The notes under the pieces are model-generated. The model was not told the origin of the DNA. It ran no database searches and was given only the letters and a program-made list of their open reading frames with translations. This document shows, in pieces, positions 43,205-52,874 of a DNA stretch of 59,861 nucleotides. Each line of letters begins with the position of its first letter. The first letter of the stretch is position 1. Location of the stretch: positions 1-59,861 of the forward strand of contig JAUYMO010000023.1 in assembly GCA_030699445.1 (NCBI GenBank). The letters run 5' to 3'. The DNA is from Candidatus Giovannonibacteria bacterium. GTDB lineage: Bacteria > Patescibacteriota > Minisyncoccia > UBA11713 > 2-01-FULL-45-33. The translations under genes and the position numbers were made by a program.

Positions 43205-45996
43205 TTTTAAATAATAAAAAATTCATAACCATAATTTTCTCAATAGTGCTTTTGGGCGTGATGTTTAATTTCATCGCGGCGCCGTTGGCATTCGCAGTGA
43301 GCCACACAAACCCTCCCGCCCAGACCCAGCCACAAGTCGGAAGCCAAAAAAGCACGACGGCGCTAGATTATGCCTTTGCTTGGTCTTTAGAATCTTTCGC
43401 CGCCTTAGGAGCCGCAATCGGTCAAATCGTATCGCTATTTACATGGATTGGCGGTAAATTTTTTGATATTGCTGTTGATTATAATATTAACTTCGTGCAA
43501 GGAAAACTCGGCGCCATAATTATAGGCTGGGGGATTGTTAGAGACATAACCAACATTTTCTTCGTTTTGATTATTTTAGGCATCGCAATATCTACTATTC
43601 TCCGAATACAAGGCTACCAAGCCAAAGCATTGCTTCCAAAGCTTATCATCATCGCTCTGCTGATAAATTTCAGCTTAACTATCGGCCTGGTAATTATTGA
43701 TTTTAGCAATATTTTAGCTTTACAATTTTACGATAAGCTTAGGCCAAACAAGATTTCTATATCGGAGACTATTAACCAAATAACTAGACCGCAAAATTTT
43801 TATAATATAAATGCGCCGCCGAAAGACCAGCAGTTAACATTTGAGTTGCAGAAACCAGAAGAAGCGACTCCTTATATACTTCAAAACGGAAGCGCGCCTA
43901 ACAATACCCAAAATCAAGCTCCAGCCGCATTGCAAAATGGGTTGTGGAGTGGAACTATAAGCAGGCTTTTCGCGGGAAGTCCGGAGGCGTCAGCCGTTGT
44001 AGCCACTGCTGCTTGGGGAAATACTATTATGCTTTCTATTTTAGTATTTGTATTTTTCGTTGGCGGAGTTTTACTGCTCGTTCGCGCTGCAATTTTGGGA
44101 TTCCTTTTGGTGCTAGCGCCATTGGCTTTCCTGTTTTACATACTTCCCGACACTGAAACTCATTGGAAAAAATGGTGGAGCACTTTTATCCAGCACGTTT
44201 TCTTTTTTCCGTCTTTTCTGTTTCTTTTATATGTAGCAGTAAAATTTGTGGGCGATGCCACTAAAGGCATAGCGGCCTCGGAATTTTTGAGCAACCCCAG
44301 TCTAGTGTTTACTTATCTTTTGGCAATAATCATGCTGTTGACCGCGCTTATCTTGGGCCGAAGCATGGGTGTCTACGGAGCCGCCACGGCGATGAATTGG
44401 GCTACAAGCGGGAGAAAATGGCTCACGGGATTTGTTGGAGGAGTGGCAGCGAGGAATACTTTGGCGCCGATTGGCGAGCGTCTAAAACCCTTAGCGAACA
44501 GAGTCACGCGGGCATCGCCCTGGCTGGGAACTTACGCGCGCGGAGCCCAAGAATGGCTGGCTAAGCGCGGAGGCGCGCGCGACATGGCCGAAGACCAGGC
44601 AAAAGCCGCTTTGGCGCAGGCCAAAGGTACTTGGGGAGCGTCATTTGGAAAAGGAACTTTGCCAATGAGAGTGGGTATGCTGAAAGGTATGGATGAAAAA
44701 ACCCGCGGAGAATTTTTGGCGACGCTTCCAGGCCCTCTTCGCAAAACCGCGGACAATATTATCGCCTCGCCGCAGTTTACTTCCGCGGAACAAAAAGGTC
44801 TTGCCAAATCAAGAATGCAATATGAAATTAACCAAGCGCAACTTCAAGGAAACTTGAGCAACTTTATGGCAGGCAAAAGCGATGAGGATGCGCAAAAATA
44901 CTTTGGCGCTATGAGCGAGAATCAAAAAACCGCTTGGCTTGAAGAGGGGTATGGCAATCCGGCGACTCTTAATAAATTCGCCAAACTGACAACTGCCCAG
45001 CCGGGGCCCGAAGGAGGGCTGTCGCTGGAAGACCAGGAAAAATTCCGTCAGTCGCTTAGATCTGCTTCCGGACCGGCCGTATCCGCTTATGTTGAAAAAC
45101 TAACCGGAGACGCCAGAAAAGACGCGAGAACACAAACATTGAAAGCTCTTTCACCGGAACAACTGGCTTATCTTTATACCGAAGGAGATGACGCAAAAAG
45201 AACCGAACTTGACGGGCTTACAAAAACTCTAGCTCCCGATGTGCAGCAGAAATACAACGATGCCGCGGCTAAAATGCTTAATCAAAAACCTTCAGCCGAT
45301 TTGATAGCCGCTCTTCCCTCGCTTTCCGACGATATGACCGCGTCATTTATCCGCTCTCGCGGGGTTGACAACACAATTGATTTGATAAACGACACCGCTA
45401 CGCTGGAGCCGGTAAAAAGAAAATTATTTGGGGGTATAAAAAAAGCTGGGCTTAGCGGTCAGTATGCCAAAAAGCTAGACCCCATAACCAAAGTGAAATA
45501 TCTGGATTATGATGAATCTAAGTATGAAAATCCCAATGATTTTGAAAAGGATACGATTACATTTACTGAAGCCGTAGCCGTAGAAGTCAAAAACTCAACC
45601 GCTAGAGAGCTTGCTCAAAGAACATCCGCGAAAATTATAAGAGATAAAAACTTCAAAAATTCTCTGCTGAAAGGCGCTAGTATCGCACAGTTGGCCGCTT
45701 TGACAGACACTCCGGCTAAATCCGCGGCTCTAAAAGAGATATTAATTGAGGCGGCAGAAGATAAGAATTTATCCGCTGACAATATCGCCAAACAATTTAA
45801 AGCTAAAAATTTAAGCATACAATTGGGGGAACAGCTTGCCAATTTAAGAAGAAGACAAAAAGAAATGATGAATCAGCCGGAACGTCTGCTTTACTCGCAA
45901 ATTTTCGGAGATTTAGAGCCGGAACGCCCGAAACAACCACCGCAACCTCCTCCACGAAACGATTTTGAAGAATATAAACCACCACCTAAACCATAA
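43201..45996 (+). CDS. TrbL/VirB6-like polytopic membrane protein with a long C-terminal extension
   Basis: ATGA overlap with the upstream stop. Signal/TM helix, then at least 6 TM helices (GWGIVRDITNIFFVLIILGIAISTIL...), a roughly 500-aa soluble tail and a Pro-rich end. Family call by resemblance only. Confidence 0.6.
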   Translation: MILNNKKFITIIFSIVLLGVMFNFIAAPLAFAVSHTNPPAQTQPQVGSQKSTTALDYAFAWSLESFAALGAAIGQIVSLFTWIGGKFFDIAVDYNINFVQGKLGAIIIGWGIVRDITNIFFVLIILGIAISTILRIQGYQAKALLPKLIIIALLINFSLTIGLVIIDFSNILALQFYDKLRPNKISISETINQITRPQNFYNINAPPKDQQLTFELQKPEEATPYILQNGSAPNNTQNQAPAALQNGLWSGTISRLFAGSPEASAVVATAAWGNTIMLSILVFVFFVGGVLLLVRAAILGFLLVLAPLAFLFYILPDTETHWKKWWSTFIQHVFFFPSFLFLLYVAVKFVGDATKGIAASEFLSNPSLVFTYLLAIIMLLTALILGRSMGVYGAATAMNWATSGRKWLTGFVGGVAARNTLAPIGERLKPLANRVTRASPWLGTYARGAQEWLAKRGGARDMAEDQAKAALAQAKGTWGASFGKGTLPMRVGMLKGMDEKTRGEFLATLPGPLRKTADNIIASPQFTSAEQKGLAKSRMQYEINQAQLQGNLSNFMAGKSDEDAQKYFGAMSENQKTAWLEEGYGNPATLNKFAKLTTAQPGPEGGLSLEDQEKFRQSLRSASGPAVSAYVEKLTGDARKDARTQTLKALSPEQLAYLYTEGDDAKRTELDGLTKTLAPDVQQKYNDAAAKMLNQKPSADLIAALPSLSDDMTASFIRSRGVDNTIDLINDTATLEPVKRKLFGGIKKAGLSGQYAKKLDPITKVKYLDYDESKYENPNDFEKDTITFTEAVAVEVKNSTARELAQRTSAKIIRDKNFKNSLLKGASIAQLAALTDTPAKSAALKEILIEAAEDKNLSADNIAKQFKAKNLSIQLGEQLANLRRRQKEMMNQPERLLYSQIFGDLEPERPKQPPQPPPRNDFEEYKPPPKP

Positions 45997-46001
45997 ATAT
46001 T

Positions 46002-46709
46002 ATGGATGAAACAAATAAAAACATAGAAATAATGGAGCGATATAAAGACCTGCCGGAAGATATCCAGCAAGCTCTCTTTTCATCCGCGACTTCGGATGCG
46101 ATTTTAGCAATCGGCAAAAAAAATGGGCTGGCAATTGATAAAATCGGGGAGTTGGTTGATGAAACCGGTTTGGTAATGCTTGGAATCACTTCGCCTTCGG
46201 ATTATGTAAAAAATCTGGTGAGCCGATTAAGTGTAACGCAAGAAAAGGCGCGCGCCATCGCGGAAGAAATCAACCAAAAAGTTTTCCAGCCGGTAAGAGA
46301 GTCGCTGAAGAAGATTCATGGGTTGGCGGCAGAAAAGCCCACACCACCCCCCCCAGCCCCCCCCTTCGTAAGGGGGGGAGCTGAAGAAAAACCCCTTCCC
46401 CCTTACGAAGGGGGAAGGGAAGGGCTAGGGGTTAAAAAACCTCTCCCCAAACGCGAAGATATTGTCCCGCCGCCCAAAGCGCTTCCCAAACCGGAAATCC
46501 CGGAACCACTTCTAATCCCGCCGATTTTCGTTAAAAAATTTCCCGAGCCGATAGTTTCTAAACCCGATATTGTTCCTCCCGCGAAAGAACCGTTGCCGCA
46601 AGATTCTCTCGCGGCCAAAAGCGCGCTGGATAAAGAATTAAACGCTCCGCCATCACCGCGGCCACAGCAGTATAAAGAAAAAGACCCTTATCGTGAGATA
46701 ATAGAATAA
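46002..46709 (+). CDS. Pro-rich protein (T4SS-like locus)
   Basis: Globular N-terminal 105 aa, then a P-rich tail that includes two C-run/G-run hairpin elements (46357-46378 and 46393-46419). Confidence 0.5.
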   Translation: MDETNKNIEIMERYKDLPEDIQQALFSSATSDAILAIGKKNGLAIDKIGELVDETGLVMLGITSPSDYVKNLVSRLSVTQEKARAIAEEINQKVFQPVRESLKKIHGLAAEKPTPPPPAPPFVRGGAEEKPLPPYEGGREGLGVKKPLPKREDIVPPPKALPKPEIPEPLLIPPIFVKKFPEPIVSKPDIVPPAKEPLPQDSLAAKSALDKELNAPPSPRPQQYKEKDPYREIIE

Positions 46710-46710
46710 T

Positions 46711-47133
46711 ATGCAGCACCAAGTCCCACAATTTATAGATATAGAAGATAAAATTTTCGGGCCTTTAACGGCCAAGCAGTTTTTCTATATCTTGGGCGGC
46801 GCCGCTATTCTTTTTATAATGTACGTTTATCTTCAGCTTTGGCTGGTAATTATTCTTGGCGCTCCGGTCGCGGCGTTCGCCGGTTCTCTGGCGTTTTTGA
46901 AAATCAACGGCCAGCCATTTATTAAAATTCTTGGGAGCGCCATAGATTACGCTTCTTCGGCAAGATTATATTTGTGGAAGAAGAGCCCGCCGCGCGGGAA
47001 AACACTCGGTGTTTTTGGGGATTCAACACCGAGTGTTGAGGAGCGCGAGCGGGCTACAACCCCCAAACTCACCCAAAGCAAATTACAAGATTTATCCTGG
47101 TCCTTAGACATCCAAAAAAATATTAAACGATAA
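46711..47133 (+). CDS. PrgI-family (VirB3-analogue) membrane protein
   Basis: QVPQFIDIEDKIFGPLTAKQFFYILGG plus two TM helices, directly upstream of VirB4-like genes. It carries the 37-nt element at 47001-47037. Confidence 0.65.
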   Translation: MQHQVPQFIDIEDKIFGPLTAKQFFYILGGAAILFIMYVYLQLWLVIILGAPVAAFAGSLAFLKINGQPFIKILGSAIDYASSARLYLWKKSPPRGKTLGVFGDSTPSVEERERATTPKLTQSKLQDLSWSLDIQKNIKR

Positions 47134-47135
47134 AT

Positions 47136-47783
47136 ATGGCTAACGCTTTACCATCGCAAGACATTTTAAAGATAGAAGAAATCCGTGACGGCGTCATGGT
47201 TTTAAAAGACGGCTCTTTGCGCGCCGTGATGATGGCTTCTTCTTTGAATTTTTCCTTAAAAAGCGCGGATGAGCAGACCGCCGTCATTATGCAGTACCAA
47301 AATTTCCTGAACTCTTTGGATTTCACGGTGCAATTTTTTCTGGAGTCGCGAAAATTAAATATTGAGCCATATCTTGACACTTTAAAAGAAGCCGAGGCAA
47401 AACAAACCAACGAACTTTTGAAAATTCAGATAACGGAATATATAGAATTTATCCGCACCTTCGTCCGCGCGGCGAATATCGTGAGCAAAAATTTTTATAT
47501 TGTCGTGCCTTTCACTCCCGCGCTTTTTACGACGCCGAAGGAAGGGGTAAAAAGTTTGTTGGGAATTTTCGGAAAAAAATCCGCGGAAAATAAAAATCTG
47601 CCGCAGGATAAATTTGACGAATACAAAAATCAGCTCTGGCAAAGAGTGGACAGTGTAATTCAAGGCCTGGTGCGGACAGGCGTCAGGGCGGTTCCATTAA
47701 ACACCGAGGAATTAATTGAGCTTTTTTACAGCCTTTACAACCCGGGCGAATTAGAAAAAGGAAAGCCCCCGGCATTAACATAA
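47136..47783 (+). CDS. VirB4 N-terminal-domain-like protein (215 aa)
   Basis: ILKIEEIRDGVMVLKDGSLRAVMMASSLNFSLKSADEQ... resembles the N-terminal region of VirB4/TrsE-type proteins. No NTP-binding motif. Confidence 0.45.
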   Translation: MANALPSQDILKIEEIRDGVMVLKDGSLRAVMMASSLNFSLKSADEQTAVIMQYQNFLNSLDFTVQFFLESRKLNIEPYLDTLKEAEAKQTNELLKIQITEYIEFIRTFVRAANIVSKNFYIVVPFTPALFTTPKEGVKSLLGIFGKKSAENKNLPQDKFDEYKNQLWQRVDSVIQGLVRTGVRAVPLNTEELIELFYSLYNPGELEKGKPPALT

Positions 47784-47787
47784 ATTT

Positions 47788-49599
47788 ATGGCTTTTTTAG
47801 ATATCTTCAAGAAAAAAGAAAAAGAAACGGAAATCACGCCGGTTTTTCCGGAGGAAATTTACCGCGCCGGCGTTTTGGAATTAAAAGACGTCATCGCGCC
47901 CGCCGCTTTGGAGGTCACTGCCAACCACATGAGATTGGGCGAGAAGCTGATGCGGACAATTTTTATTTTTTCGCTTCCCAGATTCCTTTCATCCAACTGG
48001 TTTTCTCCAATAATAAATTTGGATAAGGTTTTTGACGTTTCCATATTCGTGCATCCGGTGAACACCGCCGCGGTTTTAAAAAAGCTCCAGCGGAAAGTCG
48101 CCGAAGTGCAGTCGCAGGTTTCCATCCGGCAGGAGAAAGGGCTTGTGCGCGATCCTGTTTTGGACACAGCTTTCCAGGATTTGGAGGCCTTGCGCGACAA
48201 GCTCCAGCAGGCGCAGGAAAGATTATTTAATTTTGGCCTTTACATCGCGGTTTACGGAAACACCATAGAAGAGTTGGACAAGGCGGAGACGGAAATAAAA
48301 TCCATGCTGGAATCGCGCCTGGTTTACGCCAAGCCCGCGCTTTTCCAGCAAAAAGAGGCGCTGGATTCCGTTTTTCCGCAGGCCTTGGACACTCTCGGCG
48401 TTAATACTTACCTGAATTCCTCTCCGGCATCCAGTATCTTTCCGTTTGTTTCTTTTGATCTCACTTCCAATAGGGGGATTCTTTACGGCATCAATTCGCA
48501 TAATAATTCGCTGATTTTATTTGACCGCTTCAGTTTGGAAAATTATAACTCGGTAATTTTCGCCAAAGCCGGCGCCGGAAAATCTTACACAACAAAGCTG
48601 GAAATACTGCGCTCGCTGATGTTTGAAACGGATGTCATCGTCATAGACCCGGAAAAAGAATACGAATATCTCGCCGAGGCGGTGGGCGGAAGATATTTTA
48701 ATATATCTTTGACCTCGCACCACCATATCAATCCTTTTGACCTGCCGATGCCGCGGGAGGATGAATCGCCAGCGGATGTTTTGCGCTCGCACATCATAAA
48801 TTTGGTCGGTCTTTTCAGAATTATGCTTGGAGGGCTCACGCCGGAAGAAGATTCCGTCATTGACCGCGCCATCACCGAAACTTACGCTTCGCGCGACATC
48901 ACGCCGGATTCTGATTTTTCAAAAGCCACTCCGCCGATACTTTCCGATTTGGAATTGGTTATCGCCAACATGGAAGGAGGCGAATCCTTGGCGCAGCGCC
49001 TGCGAAAATTTACCAAAGGCACCTGGGCGGGATTTATAAACCAGCCGACCAATGTTGATATCAACCAAAAATGCGTGGTTTTTTCCGTCCGCGACATGGA
49101 GGATGAATTGCGGCCGGTCGCGATGTATCTGATAATCCACTATATCTGGAGCGCCATACGCGCGAACATTAAAAAAAGATTACTGGTGGTGGACGAGGCA
49201 TGGTGGATTATGAAAAATGAAGACGGGGCGTCGTTTCTTTTCGGCATCGCCAAGCGCGCCAGAAAATATTATCTGGGACTTGCCACAATCACCCAGGACG
49301 TCGGCGACTTTTTAAATTCGCCCTACGGAAAACCTTTAATTACGAACTCTTCCATTCAAATTTTATTGCGCCAGTCTCCGGCATCAATTGACCTTTTAAA
49401 ACAAACTTTCAATTTAACAGACGAAGAAAAATTTTTGCTTCTTGAATCCGATGTCGGCGAGGGGTTATTTTTCGCGGGACTAAAACATGTCGCCATCAAA
49501 ATACTTGCTTCCTACACCGAAGACCAATTAATCACATCCGACCCCGCCCAGCTTTTGGCGATTAAAAAGGCGAAAGAGGATTTTAAGCAACAAACATAA
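47788..49599 (+). CDS. VirB4/TrsE-like type IV secretion ATPase
   Basis: Walker A in AKAGAGKSYTTK, Walker B in LLVVDEAWWIM, and a downstream ATITQDVGDF motif. 603 aa. Confidence 0.8.
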   Translation: MAFLDIFKKKEKETEITPVFPEEIYRAGVLELKDVIAPAALEVTANHMRLGEKLMRTIFIFSLPRFLSSNWFSPIINLDKVFDVSIFVHPVNTAAVLKKLQRKVAEVQSQVSIRQEKGLVRDPVLDTAFQDLEALRDKLQQAQERLFNFGLYIAVYGNTIEELDKAETEIKSMLESRLVYAKPALFQQKEALDSVFPQALDTLGVNTYLNSSPASSIFPFVSFDLTSNRGILYGINSHNNSLILFDRFSLENYNSVIFAKAGAGKSYTTKLEILRSLMFETDVIVIDPEKEYEYLAEAVGGRYFNISLTSHHHINPFDLPMPREDESPADVLRSHIINLVGLFRIMLGGLTPEEDSVIDRAITETYASRDITPDSDFSKATPPILSDLELVIANMEGGESLAQRLRKFTKGTWAGFINQPTNVDINQKCVVFSVRDMEDELRPVAMYLIIHYIWSAIRANIKKRLLVVDEAWWIMKNEDGASFLFGIAKRARKYYLGLATITQDVGDFLNSPYGKPLITNSSIQILLRQSPASIDLLKQTFNLTDEEKFLLLESDVGEGLFFAGLKHVAIKILASYTEDQLITSDPAQLLAIKKAKEDFKQQT

Positions 49600-49602
49600 T
49601 TT

Positions 49603-50037
49603 ATGGACGAAACAGCGACAAATTACGCGAATCTCCAGCAGGCCCGCAACGCGGACCAAGCCGCGGCGCCGGCCGCATCCGCTAAAGCAGCAGTCGCCAA
49701 AATGAGCGCGATTACAGCTACTTTATTTATTCTGGTAGCTTTGGGAATTGACGGTCTCCAGGTTCTTTTAATATCCATACCATACGCGGGTGTTGTGTTA
49801 AACTTGATAGTAAGCATATTTGCCTGGATGATTTTCTTCGTCTGGCTAAAAAGTTTGGGCATTTCCGGAAGTATTAAAAAAGATAAAGACCTTCAGAGAT
49901 TAATATTTCTTGCTTCAGCATTTGGGTTTGAACTTCTGCCGATTTTAGATTCACTTCCCGGGTGGACAGCTTTTGCTTTAGGGACGGTAATTATTGAATA
50001 CAGCGGCGAGATTTTAGAAAAAAAGAATGATAAATAA
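49603..50037 (+). CDS. small polytopic membrane protein (T4SS-like locus)
   Basis: Three to four TM helices after an Ala-rich N-terminus. Confidence 0.5.
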   Translation: MDETATNYANLQQARNADQAAAPAASAKAAVAKMSAITATLFILVALGIDGLQVLLISIPYAGVVLNLIVSIFAWMIFFVWLKSLGISGSIKKDKDLQRLIFLASAFGFELLPILDSLPGWTAFALGTVIIEYSGEILEKKNDK

Positions 50038-51013
50038 AATTTATAAAAATTTAATAATCATTTTGTTTCTAGTTTTAGCATCGCGCTCACATGCCCTATT
50101 ACTTTCTTCGCCAACCGATCTTACTCTAACCTTAAGTCCGGAATCGCCGCGAGCCGGCAGTAAATTTACGGCTGAAGTAAAAACGTTTGTCTTTGAGCCG
50201 GTCCGGGCAAATTTTAGATGGTTTTTAAACGGCAAAGAAATTGTTTCCGGACGCGGTATAGTAAAAGAAGCATTCACGGCAGGCACTTTGGGCGCCAATA
50301 TGACAATACGAGTAGTGGCAACTTCCGCCGAAGGAGATGTTTTTGAAACCCAAACCGTCGTCTCAATCGGCGATATAGATTTTATTCTCATCCCGCTCAC
50401 TTATACGCCTAGTTTTTACAAAGGAGCCGCTTTGCCTACGCCGGGGAGTTTATTAGAAATTTTTGCTGTCCCTCATATTTTCAAAGCCCAAAATCGGCTC
50501 AACTCTAATAACTTAATTTATGAGTGGAGCATAGACAACCAGCCACTGCCGGATAAATCCGGGGAAGGAAAAAATGCGCTTGCGGTGCAACTGGCCGATG
50601 TCAGCGGATCAGAATACGATGTTATGCTTAAAGTAAGCTCTTTGGACAGAAGCGCCATTTTGCAAAAACATATCTCAATTAAAACTTATGAGCCGGAAAT
50701 TTTATTTTACGAAACAAATTCGCTTACCGGATTGAAGCCCGCGGCGCTGAATTCTTTTTCGGGCAGGGCGGGAGATTCGTTTTCAATATTGGCGGAGCCC
50801 TTTTATTTTGATTTGGCGTCTTTGGCGCGCGCAAAATTTAACTGGAGTGCCGGCGGAGTGGCAGCCGAACCAAACGCAAAAAATCCGCTGCTTCTGGAAC
50901 TTGCCGCTCCGGCAAATACCGACTCGCAAACTGCTTTTAATTTAAAAATTGAAGACCGCAAAACGCTTTTCCAGCAAGCCGAAGCATTAATAAATATTTA
51001 CGCCACAAAATGA
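50027..51013 (+). CDS. secreted protein (T4SS-like locus)
   Basis: Signal peptide (LIIILFLVLASRSHA), with beta-rich-looking sequence. It overlaps the upstream ORF by 11 nt. Confidence 0.5.
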   Translation: MINKIYKNLIIILFLVLASRSHALLLSSPTDLTLTLSPESPRAGSKFTAEVKTFVFEPVRANFRWFLNGKEIVSGRGIVKEAFTAGTLGANMTIRVVATSAEGDVFETQTVVSIGDIDFILIPLTYTPSFYKGAALPTPGSLLEIFAVPHIFKAQNRLNSNNLIYEWSIDNQPLPDKSGEGKNALAVQLADVSGSEYDVMLKVSSLDRSAILQKHISIKTYEPEILFYETNSLTGLKPAALNSFSGRAGDSFSILAEPFYFDLASLARAKFNWSAGGVAAEPNAKNPLLLELAAPANTDSQTAFNLKIEDRKTLFQQAEALINIYATK

Positions 51014-51909
51014 AAAAGAAAATTTTAATGCCGATATTTTTATTCTCCCTTGCCGGCACGGCTTTGGCGTATAATTTGCTCCAGCCGCTTCCGGGCGTGG
51101 GACAGACTGTTGATACTTTCCCGAATTACATTGCTGGAATTATTCCTTTTATTTTGGGCTTGGCGGCGGTGCTCGCGGTGGTGGAAATTGTTATCGGAGG
51201 AATAGAATACGCCGTCACGGAAGCGATTGACTCCAAAGCTGACGCCAAAGACCGCATCACCCAAGCGATTTTGGGGCTTTTGCTCGCGCTCGCATCCTGG
51301 CTGATTCTTTGGACAATAAATCCAGCCTTGGTAAATTTGCATTTAACAATCCCTGAATTAATTTTGCCGACGCAAGACCAAACACAACAACAAACAGGAC
51401 CGCCGTGGACAGACCAAGAAAAACAAGTACAGCTTTCAACGAGGCCCGGAGGAACGGTAACGTGTTTTACATATAATCCCGCAATTAATAGGCGCGGAGT
51501 AAGAACATTTGGTGACAGCAGTAAAACAATAGATCAGCTTAATGCGCAATGCCAACAGCAATGCGTTCAAGCAGCGCAAACCACAGGAACTCAAGCAGAA
51601 TGCGTTGCAAGCACAAATCCAATAAATACTTCTCCAATCGTATTGCCATCGCAAGCGCATTGCACCGTTACCGGCCAATGTTCAGTAATCGGCACCGGAA
51701 ATTCTTGTACAAACGCTTCGGAATGTACGGTTACAACGGCACCGCCAGGCCAAAAAACTTATTGTATCTTAGATGCTGGGAATCAACCCCCGAACTGTAC
51801 TCTTCATCAAGAAATAGAACAATCGAGTTGTTCACAAGCATCTTGTCAGGTTGCAACACCATTAGGAAATGCTTGTCCGAATGCAACAGCTATTTGTGTC
51901 ATAAAATAA
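51010..51909 (+). CDS. T4SS-pilin-like protein with a Cys-rich C-terminal domain
   Basis: Signal peptide, two TM helices and LALASWLILWTINPALV, as in the CPR pilin-like family. About 165 C-terminal residues follow with 14 Cys and many Thr/Gln. ATGA overlap upstream. Confidence 0.6.
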   Translation: MKKKILMPIFLFSLAGTALAYNLLQPLPGVGQTVDTFPNYIAGIIPFILGLAAVLAVVEIVIGGIEYAVTEAIDSKADAKDRITQAILGLLLALASWLILWTINPALVNLHLTIPELILPTQDQTQQQTGPPWTDQEKQVQLSTRPGGTVTCFTYNPAINRRGVRTFGDSSKTIDQLNAQCQQQCVQAAQTTGTQAECVASTNPINTSPIVLPSQAHCTVTGQCSVIGTGNSCTNASECTVTTAPPGQKTYCILDAGNQPPNCTLHQEIEQSSCSQASCQVATPLGNACPNATAICVIK

Positions 51910-52159
51910 ATAGACAAATCATGGAAAATTTATTAACTATAAAGAAATCTAATAAAAAAATATGAAAGAATTTTTACAGCCAAACGAATCGCCGGCTAAA
52001 GACTTTGCTATCGTTATAGATTTTATTAAGAATTTAATGAAAAAAACGAACCCCGCCTAAGCGGGGTTCTCGGAGGCCGAAGCCAATGTGTACTGCCATT
52101 ATATCACCCGCAAAAACCTTGTCAATAGACTTATCCACAATATAAAATACAATAAATTT

Positions 52160-52873
52160 ATGAAAGAATCTTTTCAACCAAGTGAATCGCCGGAGAAAGA
52201 GAAGGGGTCTCTTTGGCAAACGTTTAGAGATATGAAAAACGCGGTGGCGTTCGCGGCGCTTTTGGCGTTCGCCGCTCCGGGGATTACCTCCGCCCAAGAA
52301 AAAGAAACTCGCCCGGAAGGAACAAAAATCAGCGATACGGAAAGGGGAATTGAAAAAATAAAAGAAGATGTTTTAAAAATCGCCGAGAGCTTGAAAATAA
52401 AAGGGCGAGAGGGAAAATTCGGGCAAACGGCAACTCGCAGGTGGGTTTCAGAAAATAAGGAGGTTATTGTCGCTGGTTACGAAAATGATGGCAAGGCGCG
52501 CTGGATAATTTTAGAGAATGAAAACGCGCAGATGAGATTTTTTGATATGTCGGCGGATGGCTCTGTGAATAGAGTTATTATTAACGATGAAAAATCGCCC
52601 GCCGGAAGAAAGGCAACCGATAATGATATAAAAACTTTTGTTTCTATGGATAAATTAGCCAAAGACGCACGCGTATCAGCTGATTTAATGCCGGAAAAAG
52701 CGCATGTGTACGAGCTCGGAAAAGAAAACAATGAGATTATACTGCGCGGAGTTGATTTTGAAAAAGGTGAGTCCGAAAAAGTAATCGGGCCGGAAGCAAA
52801 AAAGCTCGCGGAAAGAGTCCAAAACTTATTTAACGCGAAAGTCGCCCAACACAGCGCGGAGCTTGCGAAATAA
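52160..52873 (+). CDS. secreted hypothetical protein
   Basis: ATG at 52160 after a TTGTCA-16-TATAAA promoter. Signal-like AVAFAALLAFAAPGITSAQE. The ORF track starts at the GTG at 52088. Confidence 0.5.
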   Translation: MKESFQPSESPEKEKGSLWQTFRDMKNAVAFAALLAFAAPGITSAQEKETRPEGTKISDTERGIEKIKEDVLKIAESLKIKGREGKFGQTATRRWVSENKEVIVAGYENDGKARWIILENENAQMRFFDMSADGSVNRVIINDEKSPAGRKATDNDIKTFVSMDKLAKDARVSADLMPEKAHVYELGKENNEIILRGVDFEKGESEKVIGPEAKKLAERVQNLFNAKVAQHSAELAK

Positions 52874-52874
52874 A

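Noticed and set aside
51549-51965. 138-aa alternative-frame ORF inside the pilin-like gene (also 51040-51342 and 51436-51678 on the minus strand)
   Set aside because: The main frame has a signal peptide, TM helices and the pilin-like signature. The alternative frames are Arg/Ser-rich translations without start signals.
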